Positions 29,423 through 43,392 of a stretch of DNA of 64,000 nt are shown here, piece by piece (the first letter of the stretch is position 1; the number at the start of each line of letters is the position of its first letter). The DNA is from Chrysomallon squamiferum (Eukaryota; Animalia; Mollusca), in NCBI GenBank assembly GCA_012295275.1, contig CM022665.1:39494001-39558000 (forward strand), written 5' to 3'. The notes below the pieces were generated by a model, which was not told where the DNA came from, ran no database searches, and worked only from the letters and a program-made list of their open reading frames with translations. Both the position numbers and the translations under genes were made by a program.

Positions 29423-31988
29423 TATTTACCGAATGTGAGCATTAATCCATTAACAATAATCCAACAACATTTCAGGTAAAGTTAAAGTAGTTTTCCAACA
29501 CTCCATCAACGAACAAAAAAAATATTGAAGAAACTTTACATTTTGAAGTTATAACAAAAAACTTTGCACAAAGGTTATTCCTAAGCATAACTGGTACATT
29601 TCTTCCGCCCAGAAAGGCATGCGTATCAGTGTTTACACTGTCCCAGAATGCGGGACAGGTATGATCATGTACAAAGACTTCGAATCTATAGTCGCACTCA
29701 AAATCAATGACTCAAATCAACCGAGATCCCCCAAGAAAATCATAGCAATACGTTTTCCATTAAAGTTCTGCCTCAGTTACTCTCGATTAAATTCTAAATT
29801 CACATTTTGAATTCATATTTTCAGATTTTGTGAAAAAATAAATAATCTGCAACTGACAAAGTTATCCAGCATATAATTTACTCCCGGTAAAACCATTACG
29901 AAGCAAGCTACATTTCGCTGCCAAAACTCTGTCACTTCATTGCAGCAGGTGACGACCAATCAAAATAGAGCACAGCGACCCTTGAGAAAAGACATTCTAC
30001 TTGTAAGGTACATTTAAAAAGATAAAGTGTTACTTAATTATCCTATATATGAATTGTAAGTTAATTATGGAAATACGTAAATATCTGTTTACGAAACTCC
30101 TATAGTTTTTAACTATATTTTGCAATGCTATTTAAAAAGCTTCGTAAATGCCATGTCAACATAGGCTGACATCTTTCGGGAAAATATTGGAAGGGGAACA
30201 ACTCCAGCACCAACTCAAACGAAACTTGTTGACATAAAACTTAGTATACTGCATACTATGCATATAACAAACACTTGTGTTGTACATTTATAACTATCTT
30301 TTATCCAACATTATATAATTAAATAAATTTTTAAAATGATTTTCGGTTAAATGATTTTATTTATTATTTATTGGATATAGTAGTTTTATATTGCTCAAAG
30401 TGAAATTTTTGTAGTACACACATGCACATTAATGCACATTCTACTTTTGAATTTTTGTGCAAAAATCAGTAAGCAAACGCTACTGAATCGATTGATATAT
30501 CTATTTTCATACATTAAAAATAAAAAAAAGTGGCATGAAACCCTTGCAGGTGCACGCTAACGTCATTTAAAAAATAAGAAGAAAAAAAAAGAAGACGATT
30601 ACGTCATAAAATTATATTTTTGACAAAAAAAAAAAAAAAAAAGTATTTTAGAAATAGAAATATATTCATAATATACAACACTAATAATATTTAAAAAAAG
30701 AAAATAAATAAATAAAAAATCACACAATTCTCACAAAAATATCCTCAAAATCAAAAGAAAAAGAAAACAAAACGATAGTTAATAAATTGTTAATTTAGAT
30801 AATATCTTGAAACCTAGCGTTAAAGTTCATTTGTTAGCGTTGTAATTTGGTCATCACTTTTCAGAATCTAACATTTGAAGTAAGAATCTGTTTTCACTTT
30901 CTTTGACATTAACTTTAATCAATCGAATATGGAAATCAGACAACAGTTTTTATCAGGATACAACAGTACAAGACACCAGGCAAGGTCAAATGCTTATCCC
31001 TTCAAATTAATATGAGATATCAAGAAACACAGTTGGTCACTCGGTGCTTTATTGGCGTCAATTTGAAAACTTTTCTTCCCATCCTAAAGAAGACACTGAT
31101 AAACAGTTCTGTCAGTTCCTTAGATTCATCGGATTGTTTTCGTCATGGATTTAGTGAAATATTTCGATGTCGTTAATGTTATCGTCTGCATAATAAATGT
31201 ATTTTTCTGTGATTGGAACTTGTCTGCTGTTGATTGATACAGAGAGATGTGAATAATTTCCACAAGAAAAGGATAGAACACCTAAGGCTGGGCGTTTATT
31301 TCTTCACTATAAACATCTTTACCCCATTGATTTGCGTGAGTATAATGTATGCCATATAGATATATAGATAGATAGATACACAGACAGATAAATAAAGGTA
31401 GGTAGGCAGATAGGCAGGTAGAAAGCGACAGATAGAGAAAGACATATAATTACGTAGATAGATATACAGAAAAAGATAGATGTACATATCTAATTAGATA
31501 GATAGACTGATAGATATAGTTAGATAGACATATACAGAGAAAGGGAGTCTAAGCCAGTGAAATGGTTGCAGAAAAGAGATGGAGGATTATATGAATGTGA
31601 TGACGTCAGAATCGAAATACGTTTAATGTCTGCCTCTAAATTAGCAATTTCAGTGATGATGATAATGTAACCAAATGAATCTTTCTTTAGTAGTTTAAAT
31701 AAATTTATTTTCTTTTCGTATCTGTTGTGTTGACTTGATTATTTTGAAATGTTTGTGACCACCTTTACACACACAAACACATGCACGCTTACACACTAAC
31801 AAAATCATAAAAGCAAAAAAGTAAAAAAAAGACAAATTTAAAATGCAAACAGATTTTAATGGATATCAAGAAGTTAAACAGACATGACAAAACAGATCGA
31901 ATTCATTTTGAAAAAAACAAAACAGGATCTGGATGATCCATTGCACGTTGTAAGTTTGTGTCCTTGTGAAAAACGGTTGCCATTCACT

Positions 31989-32069
31989 TCATTCTGTAGG
32001 TTCACATTCTGGAGCGGGGGGTTGTGGTCTAGGAGGGCTGCTGGGGCTGCCTCCCTTTCGGCTGTAACA

Positions 32070-32104
<35 letters not shown>

Positions 32105-32256
32105 AATAAATAAATGTTAAACAACAACGACAACAAAAAAAAAAAAAAAAATAAAAAGTGGGAGAGAATGAGAAAATTACACATGGATTACCTGAAAAAG
32201 TAGATCAAGGCCACAACCACCATGATGACCATCAGAATACCAACTGTGGCTGCCAT
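31989..32256 (-). CDS. Putative 45-aa single-pass membrane microprotein with a Pro-rich tail
   Basis: ATG at 32256 in a good context (GGAATGG). Coding exons 32256-32192 and 32061-31989 are joined by a canonical CAG|gtaatc...gttacag intron. Translation: MAATVGILMVIMVVVALIYFFSRKGGSPSSPPRPQPPAPECEPTE*. The exon acceptor is at 32287 and an upstream gtaagt donor lies near 32705. Confidence 0.55.
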
Positions 32257-33468
32257 TCCCACTCTTTGTGACGATTGATTGCAACAGCTAAAGATAAAAA
32301 AGATAGATAAATAAATACATGAAAGAGAAGAGGCAATATCTGATAAAACATTGTTTCATTAATTCAGCTTTCTCGATTGTTCTTAATTTCCCGTTCCAAT
32401 GTATTATATAGCAAATATATTAAAGTATTCGGATAATATTTGAATTAGGCACAGAGTACAAGAAGAAAATAAAAAAAAGCTCTTGGGAAGAATATAAAAT
32501 CTCAGCAAATTTAGAAAATTCTGTTTATAATCGTTACTCAACCTTTGATCCAAAATGAATATCTAATTTTAGGTTCGTCAACTTAGCAACTTCTGAGAAA
32601 AAGTTGCAAGATCGATTTTTATTAAATTTCTACCTCTCCCCGTGAGTTTTTGTATTATATGTGTGTGCAGGCATACGTATGGACGTCTGATGCACAAATA
32701 CTTACAATGTTAACTGACTGCAGTTCGATTCTCTGCAGAGAAATGCTCTTCAATCAGACAGTGGACGTGTTGGTGCCCAGCAAGCAAACGCCGATTGTGT
32801 GACGTCAATTAATTGTTGTTGCTAACCGCAGCTTCTTAATATTTTTGCATAACCAATCGTGTGCGTTGTTTATTCTAATTATACTCAGAATGTCTGGGCG
32901 TATTTATAGGGGATCAGAACTGTTGATTATTAAAGAAAAATCGTTAATATTGCATATTTAAATTAAAATACTGTTTTACAACATAATATATCTGAAAAAA
33001 AATCAACAACAACAAAATAATAATAATAATAATAATAACAATATATGTAACGGGGTTGGGTGGGTGATACTTGGGGTACAACGGTCCCCCTAACATTTTG
33101 GTTTCTAGTTCATGTCCCATTTCTTTACCAGTATAAAGTTAGAGAGGTATATTAATTATCCTATGGGATGTATCTAGCAACTAAAATTAATTTGTTTGTT
33201 TGTTTTCTTATAATTATATTTGCATATTTTAGTCAGCTCTCATAAACAACACATTATATGTTGTTATCTTAACAAAAATAAAAAATAGTCTTTCGTTACT
33301 GAATTAATGGCAAGCTAGTTAGTTAGATGGTTAAGGTTATATCGATGAATTGGTAGAGTAGCTTGTACAAAGAGTTCTATGAAGTTCTATGGAATAGACT
33401 CACACTGTCTATACATACGTAACTACCTTTCAGTGTTTTTACCTTTACGGATATGCTATAGTCTTGTA

Positions 33469-34410
33469 GGGTAAGGTGGGATAATTCTGGCCCCCAAGGT
33501 ATATTATGACTTACAGCCACTGTATTATTCTGCCCAGGCTTCTGGAACTTTGTTGATATAAACAGGACTTTCCTATCTCTTATTAGAACAAAGTTCGTAG
33601 ATCCTCAGCCATTTACACGTGGAGTACAGTGGCCATGAAAGTGGTGAAAACAACAAGGCTGTAAAAAAGTACATTTTGAGGTTTCAAAAGTAGTGTTATT
33701 TTTGTAGTTCTATAGACATAAGGTTAGCGATAACTTTTAACAGTAAAAACATAAAATCAATTATTAAGTTCAGCTGAAGAAACTTGATTAATATGTGGTA
33801 ATTAGGCAAGGAGTGTATGTTTTGTTTAACTCCACCACTTGGGGCAGTTCTGGCCCCCATACGTCATGCTGAAATCAGTAGTTTTGGCATTGATATAGAC
33901 TATTCTGAGTTTTATTTAAGTTTTTTGAATCAGTTAAATGACCATGGTCCATCTGTGGGGCACGTCGTCAGACTTCAAATAAAATCAAGAGGATGAGGTC
34001 TGCCAAGGCACTGGCAGAAGAAGACAGTGTCAAGAGGTATGAAGAAGAGCTGGCAGAGAAGAAGAGGAAGGAGGAAGAAAAGGCAGAGAGAAGCAACCCC
34101 CCCCCAAACAAAAAACAACCACAAGATACCAAAGGAAAAACGGCAGCTCAGGTTGAATGTCACAGCAGAACTGGTGGATGCAGTCAAAGAAAACGTTGGT
34201 GGTGACGAGCCTGAACAAGAAGACAGAGATGTAGTAGAAACACAAGAAAAATGTGAACGCAGTGGCTCAGTTGACGTGGAATGAATTCCGAGGGGTTCAA
34301 AAGATCTGATGGGTACCCAAATTGGTATTGTCTTGATCCTTGCACAAACCTTGAAATCCCAACTGGCGCAGACTTGAAAGATATTGTGTTTTTCTGTGAT
34401 ATTTGACAGA
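33469..34410 (+). mobile_element. Decayed pogo/Fot1-like (Tc1-mariner superfamily) DNA transposon fragment
   Basis: Begins TA|GGGTAAGGTGGGATAATTCTGGCCCCC, and the motif recurs internally (GGGGCAGTTCTGGCCCCC at 33841). A frameshifted K/E-rich segment (SAKALAEEDSVKRYEEELAEKKRKEEEKAER) is followed by a broken PHD-like motif (DGYPNWYCLDPCTNL...FFCDI*), a tail typical of pogo/Fot1 transposases. No DDE core or right TIR was identified. Confidence 0.55.
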
Positions 34411-35221
34411 AAATTAATCCATCTGTTCTAACGGAGTAATAAAATAAATATTAGTCTTAATTTAAAAACTAGGTTATTTTATAAGTTCCTTAGCTGTTTC
34501 AGTGCAAATAACATTATATAATTTCTACACTATTAATCAGCGATTCCCACCACAACTTGAATTAGAAAGAAATCAAAATTTGTTTTTCGTTTCAAAAACT
34601 GGTCCACAACGGAGAAACTAAAAGTGACGAGAGTCAGGGATGGTGCAACCACTAGGCCAAGTAGGCAGTCACAGATCTCAGAGTGATGCATTACTGACCT
34701 TCAGTCACAGATTTGTTATTTAAAATTCTGATTTTGCATATCTCAAACTTACTGCTTAAACCAAAAATAGTTTTATCTGTAATTTCTGTTCACACTTTCC
34801 TCATTTTGTACTGTAAACCACATATAGTGTCATATTTTTTAAGTGCTTAAAGCCTTTATAAGATTTTAATCTGGCCCTGTATATGTATGCATGTATATAT
34901 ATATATAAATATATATATACATGAGTATGTAATGGTGATGATGAAAAAGCCTACCTGCATTGTATATTATTTTAAGAGGTTATTTTATATTTAAAGAGAC
35001 CAACCTTAGTTGTTGAACAAAATATTAATTTATTTTATTTTATATAATAATCTCCTTTTACTTCTTCAGTTGTAACACAATAATAATAATAATAATAATA
35101 ATAATACTAATAACAGTTAGAAGAAGAAGAAGATGAACAACAACAACAATAACAATAGTAAACTTTATTATCCAACTGGTAATGAAAGAAAAAACAAGTC
35201 TGATGCATTTCTGGTCTCTCT

Positions 35222-38200
35222 TCACAAGTAGCTTGGGTTATCCACACCATCTCCCTTGTATGAAGTCCGTTTCTTCCTGTTAGAATAATAATAATAATAA
35301 TAACAGCAGCAACAACAACAACATGATAATAATTATGATAATAATAAACTGAAATACAAATAGTAAAAACCAATAGAATATTATGCCATATTTTGAAAAG
35401 GACCAATGTATAAAGACAAGTCCCAGAAAACTGGTGACTTGAAGACAGCAGTTATAGCTAGGATCAGGGAAAACTTCAGAAAGGAATGCATTTGTGTCAC
35501 TGAGAGTTTTGTGCCTTCATCTCTGAGGGTGTAATCTGGTACTTATTTTGGGCATAATATGACAACTGCACCATTTATCTACAGAGTGTAAACTGATCAT
35601 GCATGAACAAAAGATGATGTGCACCAAATATAAAGTAAATTGGTTAATATATTTGGAAATTATTAATATTTTTCTGGGTGCCACTGTATATAATAATAAA
35701 AATAAATAAATTTCATTACCACACAATCATAAGTGCTGCCAAACCTAATGCAGTGAATATCAAGAAACCAATCACAATATATATGATAATTGATGTTGAT
35801 TCTGCAGCGGATTGGACTGTTGCACGTCCTGAATAATAATAATAATAATGAAGATAATAAATTAATAATAATAATAATAAAAGAATAAAATAACAATAAT
35901 TATAACAAAATAATAAATAAATAAACATATAAATAAATTACATAAATAAATAAATTACAAACACAAATAAATACATCCTTTCCATCCTATGCAATTCCTT
36001 ATTACTGGTTTATCAAATATGTCAATACACAAAACAAAACAATCACCAGCAGTATAGTTATTTTACTTGGAGGCTTCCTTATTTGTTATATATATAGTCT
36101 TTAAATTTAAAATAGGTTGATAAAATATATCTTCTATTTTAATTTTGAAAATTCATCTAATGAGTGATAACAAAAGACATATTCTAAGAATCTGCTGGTA
36201 ATGAAAAGAAATCTTCTGATAATTATAGAATCTACATTTGTGAGTTTTCTGTGTGCATACAGCATATGTGTATAACTGAGTGCTGCATAGACAAAAGCTG
36301 TAACTGACCACAGGCTGGTTCTGTGCATATGAATGTGGAACTTCGCATTGAAATGCCAGGACAGCTGTTACTGTTACTACCATCAGGTGTGTTGCATCTT
36401 CGTCTTTCAACCATTATACGTTCACCCCTTCCACAAGAAACAGAACATGGCCCCCATGTTGAAAACCAACCACTCCAGCCAGTGTCTATAAATGAATAAA
36501 TCATAAAGTAACTATTTCTAGTTTTAACAGGAATAAAACAGCTTCTAATAAAATAAAATATTTCAGTATTATATTTGCTGATAAACTGTTATTTCAAGAA
36601 TGGAATGCCAATTCAATTGTGAAAAATGGTCATATGCTTATTTTTGAACTTCCACATCATTATTTTATAGCTTTGGGCAACATATCATTGCTCATAAAAA
36701 ATGTATGACAATAAAATAAATAATACTGTTGAAAAGAATGTGAGTGCTATCATTTTACTGCTTCACAAATAGAATTGTTATTTAACTAAGTACAAGATGC
36801 ACTAACAGCGGACATTTTTCTGATAACAATGGAAGAAAGTGAAGGTGCCCAGGTATTTTTATACTGTACTCTTTTGTTGTTACTTTATAGTATTAGTCAA
36901 GCACTGATACCTGCCAAATCAAATATAGTTTGAATATATGCAAAGTATATTTAGATTATCTTTTAATATTATCAACTGTACAGTTTAAGACAATCTTTTT
37001 GATATCCTACCTGGACACTCTCTATCCTTGCACCAGCTCTCTGAGTCATTTCGAGCAACACCAGGACAGTTCATTCCACCATGTGCAGGGGCAGGCCTGT
37101 CACAGTCTCTCCTAACATACACCTTTCGGTAACCCCAACCACATCTTGCAGTGCATTGACCATAACTAGTTGTCCAAGCACCCCAGTAACCATTTATAGC
37201 TGAAAATAAAAATGAAACTCAATAATTTTAACAAATGATTAAGAAAAAAAAAAAAAAACAACAACAGGTGTGAGTGTGTATTTGCAAAATGTTTTGTACC
37301 TGAGATCAATGTATTTCTTATAATTTAATATATAATATAAAACTGATATTTGTGTGTGTGTTTGTATTTATTTGTACTGCATATAGAACAGCTGCAACTA
37401 ACGGCATTCGGGGTTATCAGAGCAATAATCCCCTTTTGTTCGTCTTGATGGACCACGACACCTAAAATTTACATCACCGCGGAAGCATCTTCGATCTTCA
37501 TACACAATCAGTGTACCAGAATTTCCACACGTCTGGCTACATGGCCCTACAGTTTCAACCCATGACCCCCAGTAGGGATCTGCAAAGGAAAATCATAAAG
37601 CACAGTAACTGTTTCTAGTTTCTCATAGCCAATTCATCAACAGAACAGGATGGTCCACCCATTTTGGGGTTTGCTAAAAAACTGTTACAACTAATAAAAT
37701 ATTCTTAAAAACCCTTCCCAAATTCCCACCAATAAACAAGTAATCATACAGTTACAACATTGGTATTTGTATATAGACAAAAGCTGTAACTGGTTGTTTG
37801 TATGTTTATGTAATATATGAGTGTGTATGATGAATATATGGATATTTGAATGTATTCTTATCAGTGTACGTGTGGGGGTGTTTGTTGTGCATGTGTAATG
37901 CTATGTAACTGACCACATAAGTCAATCATGCAGTAATCTGCACTGGATCTGCTAGAAGGACCAGGACAGCTGCTACTTTCACTGCCATTAGGTGAATTGC
38001 ATTTTCGTGTTTCATATTTTATATTGTCACCTGGTCCACAAGTAGTAGAGCATGGTCCCCATGTTGTAAACCAACCACTCCAGCGATGAACTACAAATGA
38101 AAGTGTTTACAGTACAGTTTGTCATTTTTTATAGTTCAGTGGAATCAAAAAATGACAGTGTCTCATATTAACTTACAATTATCATGGCATGAAAAGAACG

Positions 38201-39997
38201 TAAAATCTGTAACAATTTTTGGGGTATTTTACCTGTACACTTTTGTTTCTTCTCGCACCACTCAACTGTCTCATTTCGCTTAGGACCAGGGCATCTCTTC
38301 CCACCATTTTGGGGGACAGGTTTATTACACTTCCTTCTAGCTCGCACTGTACGATTACCCCAGCCACATCTACCGTAACAGCGACTGTAACGGAATTTCC
38401 AGGGACTCCACCCACCATCTACAGCTGAAATTTCCAAATAAAAATGAAATTTAGTAACTTTAATGATAGTGGTTAAAAAAACAACAACAACAACTAAATA
38501 AACAAAAATTAAAAATACATAAATAAAAAAATAAAAAAAATAAAGTAAGTATATATATATATATATATATATATGGCCCACATTTTTCAAAATGTCAGTT
38601 GTAGCCAGCAGAGTTGATATGCATGTGTACATGTTTGTGTGTGATGCATAGATAACATTTGTAACTGACCACAAGCTGGTAAATCACACAAGCGTATAGA
38701 TGATCGGGTTGAAATACCGCGACAGTACTCGGTGCGAGAACCCCTGTTGCATCTCCGCTCTTCATACCTTATCTTTGTACCCCGTCCACAGGTTGCAGAA
38801 CATGGCCCATGACGATAAAACCATTGAGCCCATGTAGCAAATAAAACTGAAAGTAAAAATTATAAATCAGGGCTTCTAGTTTTTCAGTTAATGAACTCGA
38901 ATAAAACAGCAGCAGTAAAATGAATAATAATAGTCATATGCCCTGAAAAAAATATGTTAAGACAAATCTTTTCAATATCATACCTTCACAGTTATTTGGA
39001 ACCCTACAAATCTCTTCTGTGTAATTTCGATCAGGACCAGGACATACCATCCCACCCCCTCGTGGGACAGGATTGGTACATGTTCTATGCATGTATATTG
39101 GGCGCCAACCCCAGCCACACTGTGTCACACAACCACCTCTGAACACTGTCCAATAAGTCCAGCCACCATCTCGGACTGAAATTTGAAAATATTATACCTG
39201 TATTTTTTTAATTCTTAGCATGAAACATTTTCAAATCAAGTGAAGAAAAGAAAATGGGATTAAATTATTATAATAATAGTAGGGTAACAATCACAAACAA
39301 AATAAAAAGACCATCTTTAAGATAAGTACATTTTCAAAATGTTTTGTGGCATCTGTCTCATATTATCATACCTGAAAATGAGCGACATTAATAATTGCTA
39401 ATAACAAAATGTACTGAGGATTTGTTAAGTCATGTCCTGGTTTTTTGGTGTAGTCAAGATGTATGTATTCTTCAGCTTCTCCTTTTATACCCTCAGCAGT
39501 GCTAATGTTCACTATTATCAGCATTTTGTAGGCTTCTTGTGTAGTTAGGCAACATCAGATTTGTTAAAAAAAGCTATAGCTTAGTGCAGGGCCATATTAA
39601 CTCATGGCTGAACTACTAGGCTTTTTAACACTTCAGTATTTCGTCCTGTTAAAGCAGGTAACAGTGCTTAAGCAAAAACAACTGATAGGTCCCTAGGGTT
39701 CAATCTAGTCAGCCTTATTAATAATATAGTCCTAGCTAAGGACTCACAAATTGAAAGGGCTTCCCGACTTTCATTCTGTTGTTACACAATTTTGTTATGT
39801 GTTCACATTTGTCATATAAGGTTAGCGATATTTAAATCTTCTAGTATTTTGTCTTCATCCAGCCTTAATGCTAACTTTTGTACAGAATGCTGAATATCTG
39901 GTTTTTGTAGTATTTAATAAATCTACTTACACAATCCATTTGAATGTGTGCAACAGCAGCTGAATATAAAAGCACTAATAAATTTCACCCAAGCCAT
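35222..39997 (-). CDS. Type I membrane protein: signal peptide, 7 TSP1 repeats, TM, NPxY tail (503 aa; TSP1 gene B)
   Basis: Exons: 39997-39931 (MAWVKFISAFIFSCCCTHSNGL); 39175-38984, 38846-38670, 38424-38233, 38090-37914, 37579-37403, 37199-37011 and 36485-36309 (each a phase 1-1 exon with WxxW...CxxxCGxG...RxC and 6 Cys); 35828-35720 (TM IIIYIVIGFLIFTALGLAALMIVW); 35276-35222 (KKRTSYKGDGVDNPSYL*). All introns are GT-AG and the 1512-nt frame is open. Confidence 0.88.
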
Positions 39998-41375
39998 ATA
40001 ATTATTTTCTTCATGGAATCTATGGAATGAAAAAATGTTGATATTGTTACTAAATTAATAATGAATTGTTACTACACGTTTAAATTAATAAAGTTATTAA
40101 AAATATTATTACAATATCTTGCTATTTAACTTATTTCACCCAATAAAATCGTTTTATTTAAATCTTACTCATTTATGCCCCATTCTAGGAACCAATTAAT
40201 GGAAGTTAGCGTTTAATCCTGTATTTTTGAATTTAATGTAATTAATTAGTTAATTAATTTGATTTATTTATTTATTTATATACTTATTATTATTAATTAA
40301 TTAATTGAATTTAATTATTTATTTGTGTGTTTTGTGCAGTTTTTATAGAAATCAACTAATCATCAAACGGACTATAATTCATATCGCTTTTTGTGGTTTT
40401 CAGTTACTAATGATTGCTCTGCTGTGTTTAACAAAGCTTTCAAAAACTGATGTCGGCTGTATTATGTTTTATTAACTATCTTAACATTTTTATTAATTTT
40501 TAATTAGGACAATATGAAAAAAAAGTTTAATGTTTAATGTTAAGAAAAAACTAAAAATGTTACGATATATTATTATAAATAAAACGATATTTTTTTAATG
40601 ACAGTGACAAATATCTTTTTATGCCTTTTTCTGGGATTTTATTTAGAGCAAGTCTTACATTTAAAATTTTAATGGGGAAGATTCCTAATTAAAGGGTTCG
40701 TCAAAACAAAACATTCTATACAATCATCCAAACAAATTTAATACTCTGCGATTAATTCTGAATGATGAAGCTGATTCGGGAAAGGTTAGACATTCATTTT
40801 ATCTTGGTGAAGGTATAAATTACTTACCTTTCCTTAATAAAATTCTGTAATTAAAGATGGCAGCATTTGTTTATTTCTTTTGTTGTAAAACAAAAATGTA
40901 ATTCCTATTCTGCAAAGTAAACATTTAGAGACATTACAAATACGTCTGCTAATTTGTGTTTTACGTCATTTTGGCGGCCTCGTAAAATAGTACTATTTGC
41001 GCAGTCTAGTTCATATTCTCGAAGTATATACACACACACACATATATGTAAATATAAATAAAGAAAATAAGAAAAAAGGCTTCTTCTGGTTAAAATTTGC
41101 GAGATGTAACGAAATTAAAGTTCATGTAATATCTGTCGTAATAATAATTTAAAAAAAAAAAGAAAAAAAAAAGGAGGTTAGGAGAAGTGCTGATGACCTC
41201 CAATATGTCTGCTTACAGTGTTCCACACTGGCGATGTAACCGCTGAAATATCTGACATGGTTATTTTAGTCAGTTTTCATCTGTTGATACTATCCTCACT
41301 TTTTTTATGATCATTAGAAGTATTCTGCTATAAACAAAAACGCCTCTACTTTCATTCTGTACGTTCCAGTGTTTA

Positions 41376-41479
<104 letters not shown>

Positions 41480-41965
41480 TAAATTTCTACGACTGCAAGC
41501 ATAGGTCTACATCCAGGCTGAAAACACTAAACAAATTGCAGGTGTGTTTTTGTTTGTTAGTCTTAAATTTTTTTTTTTTTTTTTTTAATATCATAACGAA
41601 AACATTGACATGGATATAAGAAGCCGACCGCTTTAATTTTTCATATGTTTTTTTTTCTTCAAAACTTCTCCTCTGTTGTGGGAAGGAGAGTTTGAATCTA
41701 AAAGGAACGTAATAAAAATAGCCGGCTGCTTCATTTTATCTCTGATGTGATGGGAAAAGGCGTTTAACCCCACTGGATGTTGCGTCACCATATGTTATAC
41801 AAGATACTATAGAATGAAAACAGTTTTAAAATTAGTCACAGCTGGATATAGAAATAACAGTAATAAAGGGTATGTGCGTGTGCGCGTGTGCATGTGTGTG
41901 TGTACTGCAATTTGAAAAACTAAATTCTTTTACACGTGTGATTAAAGCTTCATTTAAAAAAAAAG

Positions 41966-41998
<33 letters not shown>

Positions 41999-42034
41999 CA
42001 TTTATTCTAAAATATATTTGTGTAATTAAATGTA

Positions 42035-42449
42035 CAGGGGCGGGATCTACTATGAAATTAATACGCTTAAGCTTCAGGGGCCTCTAATCCATAAGGACTT
42101 TAGTCCACAGTGCTCAACACTTATAGGTCTTCTGTAGTGGTCGAACAATTAGGAGTGAGTATCGGCAATGCAGTAACTGGATGTCAGTTCCGAGGTACAT
42201 TCAGGCCTTAGGAATTCAATTCCTCCTGAAGTGGGCGAGAGCAGAGTTTTGGATTTTAAATTTTTTTTTTTTACTTCCTCACTACTAAGTATATAGCATA
42301 CAGATAAATGAAAAAGTAAGCTATTAGTAAAGAAAGAGCACAAAGGTAAAGATAACAGTGGCTAACCAAATCTTGTTGCTATAAAATTTTGCGAAGGACA
42401 CCCATGACAGTTCAGACTTCAGGGTACTATAAATGTAGTTACGCTACTG
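42035..42449. mobile_element. Probable non-autonomous DNA transposon (MITE)
   Basis: Imperfect terminal inverted repeats CAGGGGCGGGATCTAC ... GTAGTTACGCTACTG, with CTTCAGGG subterminal motifs at both ends. No clear TSD. Confidence 0.4.
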
Positions 42450-42948
42450 TAAACATACACGCATACAACTTAATTATGATTAAAATATATAAAAGCAGAT
42501 AATATTAATAATTGTAAAACATAGGTGTTTTGGGATAGAACGAATCTTTGAATGTTTGATGTCAGGTTTTGAGACTCAAAGACTTTCTTTTCAAAACCAT
42601 TCAAACAACTCATTTCAGTCAGAAGTGTTCAAAAATGTCTTGGGTTTGTTTCTGATTTTCCTTTTTTTTTTTTTTTTTAACCTGCCTGCTAATGTACGTC
42701 GCAATGACTGACATTCACTACGTCATGTCTTCGTACTGATAAAAATAAATATTATTTATACTATTTATACACTTGTACTGGGTATTCATGATTGATTTCT
42801 GTACAGCTGCCTGTTGTCCACTGTATAGAATCCACATTCAGTACAAGGATACAGATTTAATAAAATAACTTTATGCCTGAAAAAGGTTTCGACAGGTTTG
42901 TCTATGGTCGTAGCATTCAGTGACAGCTCTGCCGCCGAATTTAACCCT

Positions 42949-43276
42949 TATTTGCCTCAGTGTAGTTACGGCCACATATATATATATATATATATATATT
43001 TTTGATGGGGTTATATATATATGTGGCCGTAACTACATTGAGGCAAATGAGTCAAATAACTCATACCGAAATTGACGGTTTTTTCCTTCTTTTTTTTTTT
43101 TTTTTTTTTTTTTATACAAAAATTTTATTTTAAAAAAATAAAAAAATAAATGGTTAGAATCGAGGATTTTGCGTCTTAGATGGCCCCCAGATCCCTCGCC
43201 CAAATTTGTTTGCCCCGCTCTGCTCGGCGATTAAGTGTTTTTGTCTCATTTCAAAAAGAGTCTAGTTACGGCTACT
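42949..43276. mobile_element. MITE with an adjacent inverted duplicate of its left end
   Basis: TIR-like GTGGCCGTAACTAC (about 43023) and CTAGTTACGGCTAC (about 43262). The segment 42950-42990 is a near-perfect inverted copy of 43012-43048. Confidence 0.5.
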
Positions 43277-43392
43277 ACTACCAATACAACTAATAATAAC
43301 AATATTGAAATAAATAAGCACTTTATTGCTTAGTAACGACCACACTAAAAAAAAAAAAAAAAAAAAAAAACTCAGTTAAATTATCGGCTTCT

